From IMG/VR virus record IMGVR_UViG_3300048590_001376: a DNA stretch of 21,819 nt; one strand, given 5' to 3'. The position numbers were made by a program, and so were the translations under genes. The notes under the pieces were generated by a model. It was not told where the DNA came from. It ran no database searches and worked only from the letters and a program-made list of their open reading frames with translations. Below, in pieces: positions 1 through 6,739 of the stretch (positions are counted from its first letter, which is position 1; each line of letters starts with the position of its first letter). The stretch comes from a virus. Its lineage: Duplodnaviria; Heunggongvirae; Uroviricota; Caudoviricetes.

Positions 1-867
1 ATGCAAACGACAACGGTTCGCATCTCAGATTTGCAAACTCATCCCCTTCAACAGCCGACGTATGGTGACCTTGCGGCTCATGAATTTGCAGCACTGAAGG
101 CAGACATCGCCCGTCGAGGAGTCCGCTCTCCGATTCACGTCACTCGGGCCGGGATGATCATCGACGGTCATCAGCGTGTTCGCGCTTGTCGCGAGCTTGG
201 AATTGAGGAGATCAGTGCCATCATCTGCGAGGAAGAGGGCCAGCCGGAGATTGATGAGAGCTTCGTTTTGGCGAATCTCGTGCGGCGTCAGCTGGACCCT
301 GTAGCCAAAGCGAAGGCCGTTCAGATGCTCGTGGACATCGAGCGTCGACGGATCAATGACGAAGATTCTCAAGAACCCGGCGATTTGCGCGATCGCATCG
401 CCAAGCATCTTGGGGGAAACATCTCGGGACGCACGGTGGATCGCCTCTTGCAGCTGGCGCGTTTACCCGCTCCGATCCATCAGGCCGTTTCAGCAGGGCA
501 TTTGCCGATGACGAAAGCCCTGCGGCTTCATCAGTGCTCGTCAGGCCAGTTGGAAATCGTCGCCAACCGCATTTCTGCGGGTGAGTCACCGCGTACTGTC
601 GTAGATTCGGTCCTTCCGCGCAAGAAGGCCGATCGACAGGAAGCCGAAGAAACGCCAGCTGTTGCGTATGCCATGCTGGTTGACTTCCTTGCCGAGAAGC
701 TGTCGTGCTTCGAGGCTCAACCGGAATCACTGGTCGGAACGGCGGGAGATCACGAAGCAACCGCCAACGTGTTGGACCGCTCAGCGCGGTTCCTGCATGT
801 GATGCGTGATCACGAGCAGGCTGCTCGCCAGCAGGCACTGCTCGATATTCAAGAGTTGCTGAGTTGA
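1..867 (+). CDS. ParB/Srx-like N-terminal domain protein with central HTH (288 aa)
   Basis: N-terminus VRISDLQTHP; ParB box GVRSPIHV...IIDGHQRVRACRELG (GxxRxxA); ANLVRRQLDPVAKAKAV; HTH-like LRDRIAKHLGGNISGRTVDRLLQL. Confidence 0.85.
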   Translation: MQTTTVRISDLQTHPLQQPTYGDLAAHEFAALKADIARRGVRSPIHVTRAGMIIDGHQRVRACRELGIEEISAIICEEEGQPEIDESFVLANLVRRQLDPVAKAKAVQMLVDIERRRINDEDSQEPGDLRDRIAKHLGGNISGRTVDRLLQLARLPAPIHQAVSAGHLPMTKALRLHQCSSGQLEIVANRISAGESPRTVVDSVLPRKKADRQEAEETPAVAYAMLVDFLAEKLSCFEAQPESLVGTAGDHEATANVLDRSARFLHVMRDHEQAARQQALLDIQELLS

Positions 868-874
868 CCCGGCT

Positions 875-887
875 GGACACTGTGTCC
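875..887. promoter_or_regulatory. Perfect palindrome GGACAC-T-GTGTCC, candidate protein-binding (parS/operator-like) site
   Basis: 6-1-6 inverted repeat in the 67-bp gap between the ParB-like gene and the next ORF. A 1-nt spacer cannot form an RNA hairpin loop, so a DNA site is more likely. Confidence 0.4.
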
Positions 888-934
888 GGAAGTGGTGTGG
901 TAGTTAAGTACCGCGTTGCAAATGTGTCGGTGAA

Positions 935-2464
935 GTGATGTCTTCCAATCCCCCTCAAACACGAACGATTGCCTACCACCGCAGCACCTGTGCTGTCTCG
1001 CTGGCTCCCGAGGACTTGCAGCGTCTCGGCGGGGCCATCACCGTTCCGAAACGCGTGCCGAGAGCAGATCCGCTTCATGGATACGATGTGGTTGAGGCAC
1101 AGGAACCTTGGCTGGGAGGTGATCGTGTTCCGAATCTTGGTTTGCGTGAATTCCTGGCCTATCGGGCGATCCAGCGGGGACTCCAATTACAGGAAGTGGC
1201 GACGAACCAAATTGCGCCACTTCCCGCCCCTGCGTGCCGCAATCAACTCCTTTGGCCGAGCTGGATTGATTTCGTCCACCAGTATGAACTGGGGTTGGTT
1301 CGCATCTCCAACCAGGTTGATGTGCCCCAGATGATTGCCGAACTTGTGATCGCTTTTCCAGGGCGACGCATCATGGTTCTCGGAAAGGTCGCAACACTTC
1401 GAAGCCACTTTGCCTCATTGATGCGTCTTCTCCCGGCCGAATTCCGCAAAAACCGTCGCATGGCATTGGTGCATGCCGGAAGGCCGCTGAGGATCGAAGA
1501 TGACCATGAGTTTCCTCGATTGATCCTCTGCACTCCGACGGTGGCAGCAGACCTCGAATCCGAAAAGTGCGACATTGTTGTCATGCTCGACGCATTCGAG
1601 TGTCTGCACGAGCGAATGGCGTGGCCCTTGATCCAAATGGATGGGCGGTTCCGCCTGTTTGGACTGTTGCCCGCCAGTCGTGCGCCGAAGCCCTACGAAG
1701 CGGCTCGACTCCGTGTGACGTTCGGGTTTCGACAGATTGATCTGCTTGGGAAGGGCCGTGTCCGTCGAGATACCTCTTACTCGCTGGTGTGCCAAAGCGG
1801 AGAGGCCCCGCAAGGATCAGTCCTGGAGCATCCCGTTGTCGGTGGTCGTCGCACTCGCCCGTCCATTGCCCCCGTCCGTGCGTATGTCCACCACCACTAT
1901 CGAAACAACATGATTGCGCGTCTCGCCCGGAAGCTCCGGGGCGGCCAGCGGATCGAGAATCCTCGGTACAGTGAGATCGCGCGTTGGTGCCGTCTCCAAG
2001 TTCAGCGGCCCATGAGTGTCATGATCGTTGTGGATCGGCTCGACCACGCGGTCCTCCTGCACGCGCTGCTCAACGACTGGCCGATAGTCGCTGAACCGTC
2101 AAATCTGGACGGCATCCCCGCAACTGTCTGTCGCTGGATCAATCGCCGTATCTCGCAGTGGCTGCCGTGCCAGATCGTGGTGGCTGATGCGTTCCGAAGG
2201 ACGAAGGGACACCAGGTGGATGTCGTGATCTGGGCCAGCGGCGGGTCGATGGCCCAAATCCCTGAGGAATGGCTCTACACCCGCGAGGACGCAGGCCATC
2301 CGCTGCTGATCGTCGACTTTGTTGATGACTTCGCCCCGGATGCTCGGCGATTGAGTCGAAAGCGTGCCCAAGCTCTCGAAACCCGCGACATTTTCCGGTT
2401 CGGTCAATCACCCGTACTTGGTCGCATCCGCCAGTTTGAACGCCAGATCGGAGGGACACGATGA
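935..2464 (+). CDS. Degenerate (probably ATPase-dead) superfamily-2 helicase-like protein (509 aa)
   Basis: SF2 motif order is retained but catalytic residues are lost: no GxGKT (GLVRISNQVDVP), LILCTPT (Ib-like), DIVVMLDAFE (in place of DExH), RLFGLLPA (III-like), RNNMIA, VMIVVDRLDHAVLL (IV-like), VDVVIWASGG, LLIVDFVDD. No QxxGR motif VI. Confidence 0.6.
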   Translation: MMSSNPPQTRTIAYHRSTCAVSLAPEDLQRLGGAITVPKRVPRADPLHGYDVVEAQEPWLGGDRVPNLGLREFLAYRAIQRGLQLQEVATNQIAPLPAPACRNQLLWPSWIDFVHQYELGLVRISNQVDVPQMIAELVIAFPGRRIMVLGKVATLRSHFASLMRLLPAEFRKNRRMALVHAGRPLRIEDDHEFPRLILCTPTVAADLESEKCDIVVMLDAFECLHERMAWPLIQMDGRFRLFGLLPASRAPKPYEAARLRVTFGFRQIDLLGKGRVRRDTSYSLVCQSGEAPQGSVLEHPVVGGRRTRPSIAPVRAYVHHHYRNNMIARLARKLRGGQRIENPRYSEIARWCRLQVQRPMSVMIVVDRLDHAVLLHALLNDWPIVAEPSNLDGIPATVCRWINRRISQWLPCQIVVADAFRRTKGHQVDVVIWASGGSMAQIPEEWLYTREDAGHPLLIVDFVDDFAPDARRLSRKRAQALETRDIFRFGQSPVLGRIRQFERQIGGTR

Positions 2465-3690
2465 GTATCAGTGGATCTCCGACACGCAGGTTTGCTGACC
2501 GCCACTTTCAGCGGTCGTGCGAACCACGCCGCAGGCGGGAGCCTTATCGGGTACTTAATCCGGCGGAATTCGACTTGGCCAAATTCGCCAATGCGGACAA
2601 TCTCTACGTGGCGTTCCAGCAATTGGTGGACGAGGGTGGTCACGGCGCGGGGATTGATGGCTTTCGACCCGAGCATTTTTCCGATGCGGAACTCTCTCCC
2701 ATCCTGCGGAGTGTCTCGAAGGCTTTCGAGAAAGAGGACGATCAACCGATCGCTTATCGTCCTTATCCGACTCGCCGAATGGAAATTCCCAAGTCGGCGA
2801 CCAAGGTCCGTACCTTGGCTTTGCAGCGGTTCACCGATCGAGCAGTAGCGAAAGCTCTGATGAATTGCCTAACGCCCTTCTGGGAGCGGGTGATTAGACG
2901 ACGCAGTGTCTGGCAGATTTATGCCCAGCTCGACCGCGAGATTCGCCGTCGTCGAATCTACGTGCTGGCGATCGACGACATCCAAGATTGCTTTCCGAAC
3001 GCACCTCGCGAGGAAGTCCTTTACTGGCTCTTCCGTCATATCAATAACGAGGAATTGCTCGATCTCATCGAACAAATCGTCCTTGGCCATGAAGGCCAAG
3101 ATCAATTGACCGGCTTGGATCAAGGTTCGCCGTCCAGCCCGGTCGCGGTAGACGTGTTGCTCTACCACAGACTCGACAGCGAGTTGGAAACACTGTCGAG
3201 GAACACGCCGCAGTACCGCTACGTCGATAACCTGACGTATCTGTGCCGCGACGTCCGTGAGGCTGCCAGTGTGCTCGCGATTGCGCGGGAACTTGTTGAA
3301 CGCATCGGTTTCCGACTTAAAGGAACCGACGGTGATCCACAAGACCTTCGCGATCCGAGTTACAACCGAGTGATTCTGGGATTGATCCCGACATGGCAGA
3401 ACGGCCGTCTGTCTTTCTCGATCCCCCAGAAAGCCTTCGACCATTTGGAAGAAGGTTTCCGCTTTGCGAATTCAGCCGCGAGACCCTTGGACAACGCTCT
3501 TGGGCGTTGTCGAGGCTGGCTAAATTCACTCGGACCTGCCCTCACGAACGCAGTAACCCCGGAAGTAGTCAACCGTGTCGTCGACATGGCGCGCCTGGAA
3601 GGTTTCCGAAATGTGACCCGCAAGGACATGTTTCTGACAGCCGAGAAAGCGCGCAGAGCCTGGTGCCGAGTATTGGAAGGTGCCCGATGA
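2461..3690 (+). CDS. Group-II-intron-like reverse transcriptase with YVDN active-site motif, no endonuclease domain (409 aa)
   Basis: RT0 GAGIDG; RT1/2 KVRTLALQRFTDRAVAKAL; motif A YVLAIDDIQDCF; motif B GLDQGSPSSP; motif C YRYVDNL (3220-3231 TACGTCGATAAC = YVDN); RT7 ILGL; thumb-like CRGWLNSL. Start overlaps the upstream stop (ATGA). Confidence 0.9.
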   Translation: MSISGSPTRRFADRHFQRSCEPRRRREPYRVLNPAEFDLAKFANADNLYVAFQQLVDEGGHGAGIDGFRPEHFSDAELSPILRSVSKAFEKEDDQPIAYRPYPTRRMEIPKSATKVRTLALQRFTDRAVAKALMNCLTPFWERVIRRRSVWQIYAQLDREIRRRRIYVLAIDDIQDCFPNAPREEVLYWLFRHINNEELLDLIEQIVLGHEGQDQLTGLDQGSPSSPVAVDVLLYHRLDSELETLSRNTPQYRYVDNLTYLCRDVREAASVLAIARELVERIGFRLKGTDGDPQDLRDPSYNRVILGLIPTWQNGRLSFSIPQKAFDHLEEGFRFANSAARPLDNALGRCRGWLNSLGPALTNAVTPEVVNRVVDMARLEGFRNVTRKDMFLTAEKARRAWCRVLEGAR

Positions 3691-3699
3691 ATATGTCTA

Positions 3700-4215
3700 C
3701 GGATACGACCATTGGACCTGACATCGTTTCCTCCGAGACGTTTGTTGGCATTCCTCTTACTACTCCTTCTCGGTGCTGCCGCACACCGACGCCCCTCCGT
3801 TTCCGCGAGGGAATGTGGAAGAGTTATTCCACGAGTTTTTCGATGTTCCAGCGCGAACCAACGATTCAGCAAGGGAGTGAACGTCTGATGTAAGGCAACT
3901 CAGGTTTCTGACAGTTCAGATAGCCATCCGACAGATTGCAGGGCAGTCGCTGAAGGTGCTGGATCGTTCGATTCTCCACGTGGGTGGAGCGGACAATACC
4001 AAGCTGCCGCCGAGGAGGTTCCGTTTCCACGCAGTCACCTGGAATCGGTCACCACTTCGGAGGTTGGCTCTCAACCAGCACCCGCAAACCTCGTTCACAC
4101 ACCAGCCCATAATGGGTTGGCTTCACATTCATCCGTCATCGCTGCCAGGGAGTGCTTTGATGTTGGGCGCGAAGGAAATTCGATCGTGTCTCGCAAGAGA
4201 AAGCACCAATGGACC
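3700..4215 (+). ncRNA. Candidate structured non-coding RNA downstream of the RT
   Basis: Stems found by eye: 3749-3756/3807-3815; 3770-3775/3784-3789; 3815-3820/3827-3832; 11-bp 3860-3870/3958-3968; 3907-3911/3916-3920; 3974-3979/3984-3989; 4102-4109/4113-4120; TCTC-GCAA-GAGA GNRA hairpin 4189-4200. G.U pairs and the GNRA loop favour the + strand. Boundaries are approximate. Confidence 0.5.
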
Positions 4216-4242
4216 GCCACGCTTGTCCCGTGGGGTACACTG

Positions 4243-4383
4243 ATGGCGAACCCCAATCATCGGCATTTTGGCAAGACGCGGGAGCAACGCATCGACGTCG
4301 CAATTGCCATCATCCGCCAGACGCTGGTCGATTGGCTGGCCGATTTTACGGTGGTTGAGATGCCAGAAGTGCATCTCGTCTAA
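4243..4383 (+). CDS. Small hypothetical protein (46 aa, MANPNHRHFGK...) directly upstream of the recombinase
   Basis: ATG at 4243 inside ORF 4117-4383; protein-like amphipathic sequence; followed by hairpin AGCCGA-N7-TCGGCT. Confidence 0.4.
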   Translation: MANPNHRHFGKTREQRIDVAIAIIRQTLVDWLADFTVVEMPEVHLV

Positions 4384-4455
4384 GCCGACTGGCAATCGGC
4401 TGACGCATACCAGATCAATCAGATTGGGACCATCAACGAAGGAGTCAGCAACAGC

Positions 4456-6153
4456 ATGCGCAAGAGCAACGCCCAGATCATGAAGGCGAAGGATGCGGTC
4501 ACGCGAAAGTGTGGCCTTTACGGACGTGTCTCGACTTTGCGTCAAGCCAAGGTCGAAGAAGGTGGGTTGGACACCCAGTTCAGCTGCATGGAGAAGACGG
4601 TCGATTTCGAGAACGAGAAAGCGATCGGCGAAACATGGGAAATCGTCGACCGCTATCGGGAGGAGGGGCGGTCCGGGAAGGATCTGGAACGTCCTGAGTT
4701 CAAGCGGTTGATGGCAGACGTCCAGAGCGGTCGAATCAACACCGTGATCGTCTACAAGATCGATCGGATTACCCGCTCACTCCGCGACTTCTACACGCTT
4801 TGGGAGACGTTCGAGGAGTATGACGTCCAGTTCGTGTCGTTGTACGAGAAGTTTGACACGACAACGGCTGTCGGGCGAGCCATGCTGAAGCTCATTCTTG
4901 TCTTCGCAGAGCTTGAACGCGAACAGACGGCGGAGCGAACCGCCGCAACGATGCAGCATCGTGCCGAGCAGGGCCTGTGGAATGGCGGAGTTCGGCTGGG
5001 CTACGATCTCGATCCGAACAACAAGGGGGTATTGAAGGTCAATCCGGACGAGAAGGTCATCGTTGTGAACGATTTCTTCAAGAAGTGCCTCGAACTCGGA
5101 TCAGCAGGCAAAGTGGTCCAGCACCTGGCGAAGCAGGGGATTCGACGAAAGCAGTACACCAATCGCAACGGGAAGGTCGTCGGCGGAGGACCCTACTACA
5201 AGCAACCGGTCATGAACGTCCTCACGGACAAAGTCTATCTCGGCATGATCGTCCACAACGGCCAGGCATATCCCGGCCAGCACGAAGCGATCGTGGAGGA
5301 AGACCTGTTCATGCAGGTTCAGGATTTGATCCGGCGAAACTCCGAAACCCGCACGAATGCACTGGCTCAGGAAGAACACGTTTTCCTGCTGCAAGGACTC
5401 GCCCGATGCGGGAAGTGCGGCAGTTTCATGACTCCCAAATGGAGTTCCGGACGAGGTGGCGTGCGGAACTTCTACTACTGCTGCACCCGGCAGTCGCACA
5501 GCATGGGGACCGAATGCACGACTCCCTACGTGCCCGCCGGAACGATTGAGAATTTCGTGGTTGAACAGATCAGCGCGTGGGCCAAGGACCGTGACGAGAT
5601 CGAGCGGGCGGTTCAGGCGGCCTGCAAGTTTCGGGAGATTGAAGTCACCAACCTGACGCAGGAGCTGAGTGCAATCCGTGCCCGCTTACGCGAGACGCAG
5701 GCCGGATTGAGCCAACTGGTGACCGCGATTCAATCAGGAAAGAGCTTCCGAGCTGTGGAAGAACGGATGGAGGCTCTCGAACAGGACCGGACTGCGCTCG
5801 AAGAACGCATCAACCGCCTGGAACTGGAACGGAGCAGCAAAGAGCAGGAGACGCTGTCGTCGGACGTGATCGCCGAGACCTATTGCGATTTCCCGTTCAT
5901 CGTCAGCCGCTTGCGGCAGGAGGGCAACCTTCACGGCCTGAAAGACCTGCTCGCCTGCTATATCGCGGCGATTGACATCCATCAGGAAGAGGAGGACCCG
6001 AGCAGCGGCCACATGAACATCATGCTGTTCGAGGAGGAGCTTCCAGGCTGGAAACCCCATTTGACGCAACTCAATGGGGCGCAAGAAAAAACGCTCACGT
6101 TCCAGCCGTTAACCGGCTGGAACTGTGAGCGTGTGGAAAGGCTCCCCGACTAG
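4456..6153 (+). CDS. Large serine recombinase (resolvase + recombinase + zinc-ribbon + coiled-coil domains, 565 aa)
   Basis: Catalytic YGRVST; EEGRSGKDLERPEFKRLM; VYKIDRITRS; FAELEREQTAERT; Zn ribbon CGKCG...YYCC...C; coiled coil; GAAGGAG RBS upstream. Confidence 0.97.
   Translation: MRKSNAQIMKAKDAVTRKCGLYGRVSTLRQAKVEEGGLDTQFSCMEKTVDFENEKAIGETWEIVDRYREEGRSGKDLERPEFKRLMADVQSGRINTVIVYKIDRITRSLRDFYTLWETFEEYDVQFVSLYEKFDTTTAVGRAMLKLILVFAELEREQTAERTAATMQHRAEQGLWNGGVRLGYDLDPNNKGVLKVNPDEKVIVVNDFFKKCLELGSAGKVVQHLAKQGIRRKQYTNRNGKVVGGGPYYKQPVMNVLTDKVYLGMIVHNGQAYPGQHEAIVEEDLFMQVQDLIRRNSETRTNALAQEEHVFLLQGLARCGKCGSFMTPKWSSGRGGVRNFYYCCTRQSHSMGTECTTPYVPAGTIENFVVEQISAWAKDRDEIERAVQAACKFREIEVTNLTQELSAIRARLRETQAGLSQLVTAIQSGKSFRAVEERMEALEQDRTALEERINRLELERSSKEQETLSSDVIAETYCDFPFIVSRLRQEGNLHGLKDLLACYIAAIDIHQEEEDPSSGHMNIMLFEEELPGWKPHLTQLNGAQEKTLTFQPLTGWNCERVERLPD
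6086..6132 (-). terminator. Intrinsic terminator-like hairpin (18-bp stem, 1-nt bulge, 5-nt loop) followed by a T-run on the minus strand
   Basis: ACGCTCAC-GTTCCAGCCG (6091-6108), loop TTAAC, CGGCTGGAAC-T-GTGAGCGT (6114-6132); A-run 6086-6091 reads TTTTTT on the minus strand; begins 7 nt beyond the tRNA-like 3' end. Confidence 0.75.
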
Positions 6154-6166
6154 GACTCGAACCTAG
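6140..6166 (-). other. tRNA 3'-end fragment (T-arm + acceptor 3' strand; tRNA-Asn or tRNA-Gln type), probable attachment (att) core
   Basis: Minus strand CTAGG-TTCGAGT-CCTAG-TCGGGGA-G-CC gives a perfect T-stem/loop, A72, G73 and CC. The sequence 5' of the T-arm shows no anticodon or D arm, so this is not a full tRNA. Confidence 0.85.
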
Positions 6167-6197
6167 TACGTCATGGATGGCCGTACACTTCAACTGG

Positions 6198-6686
6198 TCA
6201 TTCATCCGCATCGACTATGCCGTTCGCAACTGCCCAAACAATCAGGCCGGCGCTGCTGCGTGCGCCGATCTTCTTCCGCAGAATCAGGCGGAAGGACTCG
6301 ACGGTTTTCACGCTGATACGCAGCCGCCGTGCCGTTTGTTTGATCGTTTCGTCGCGGCACAGGGCCACTAGGACTTGCCGCTCTCGCGGTGTCAGCTCTG
6401 GAGCTGATGCCAGTCGCCTCTGCCAGTGCGCCACAAACAGGTCGCCGACGTGCTCGACCACTCCGCTGAACAGGAAGCCGTCTAGCTTCAGCGTGCGCAC
6501 ACAATACGCGACCGCACGCTGCTCGAACTGGAAATTGGCAATCGCGAGTTTGAAATCCGCCAGATCGCGAGCGTCGATCCAGGACCAGACGGAGGTTCCG
6601 GCAACCCGCTGGTGCAGTGAGCGATTGCTTACCAATAGAATCTTTCCCGTGCGATCCAGCAGTGTTATGCCCCTCATGCTCAACAT
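6198..6686 (-). CDS. PAS-like sensor domain + LuxR/NarL-family HTH transcriptional regulator (162 aa)
   Basis: N-terminal GITLLDRTGKILLVSN...SWIDARD resembles the PAS consensus; C-terminal LTPRERQVLVAL...TIKQTARRLRISVKTVESFRLILRKKIG is a classic LuxR HTH. Confidence 0.85.
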   Translation of the reverse strand: MLSMRGITLLDRTGKILLVSNRSLHQRVAGTSVWSWIDARDLADFKLAIANFQFEQRAVAYCVRTLKLDGFLFSGVVEHVGDLFVAHWQRRLASAPELTPRERQVLVALCRDETIKQTARRLRISVKTVESFRLILRKKIGARSSAGLIVWAVANGIVDADE

Positions 6687-6721
6687 TGCTCAAAGCTGCC
6701 CCCTAGAAGATGCTTGTTCGG

Positions 6722-6739
6722 CTCAGGGTTTTCCCTGAG
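6722..6739. promoter_or_regulatory. 18-bp palindrome CTCAGGG-TTTT-CCCTGAG between divergent regulator and integrase genes (operator or terminator)
   Basis: Perfect 7-bp arms, 35 bp upstream of the LuxR-type start. It is followed by TTTT on +, so a terminator reading is also possible. Confidence 0.45.

Larger units (their letters stand above)
1..6166 (+). mobile_element. Right-hand part of an integrative element (ParB-like, degenerate helicase, RT, candidate ncRNA, large serine recombinase) lying 3' of a tRNA; left end is outside the window
   Basis: Co-oriented cassette ending in a large serine recombinase whose stop codon lies inside a tRNA 3'-end sequence. ParB plus a serine recombinase is typical integrative-element content. 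Confidence 0.7.

Noticed and set aside
3687-3893. 68-aa ORF starting at the ATGA overlap with the RT stop
   Set aside because: Ser/Thr/Pro-rich, not domain-like, and coincident with the strongest RNA stems. Left uncalled, although the coupling means it cannot be excluded.
3884-3900. Hammerhead-like CTGATG
   Set aside because: Core reads CTGATGT rather than CTGATGA, and no correctly placed GAAA or stem II was found.
3940-3990. tRNA-like GTTCGATTC sequence
   Set aside because: No T-stem closes around it and no cloverleaf forms; these bases fit the 3860-3870/3958-3968 helix better.
3707-4215. ACCATTGGACC / ACCAATGGACC flanking the structured region as retron-like a1/a2 repeats
   Set aside because: Only 7 bp can pair; too short to distinguish from chance without homologues.
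2461-4250. Group II intron
   Set aside because: The RT start is fused by ATGA to an upstream 509-aa ORF, leaving no room for intron domains I-III, and no domain V (AGC/CGC triad hairpin) or domain VI was recognisable downstream.
2461-4250. DGR or retron
   Set aside because: Motif B is QGSP (group-II-like), with no Avd-like gene, no TR/VR pair noticed by eye and no VTG/NAxxH retron motifs. A computational self-alignment would be needed to exclude TR/VR fully.
6140-6230. Complete tRNA gene
   Set aside because: Only the T-arm and acceptor 3' strand are present; the expected 5' TCCCCGA, D arm and anticodon arm are absent.
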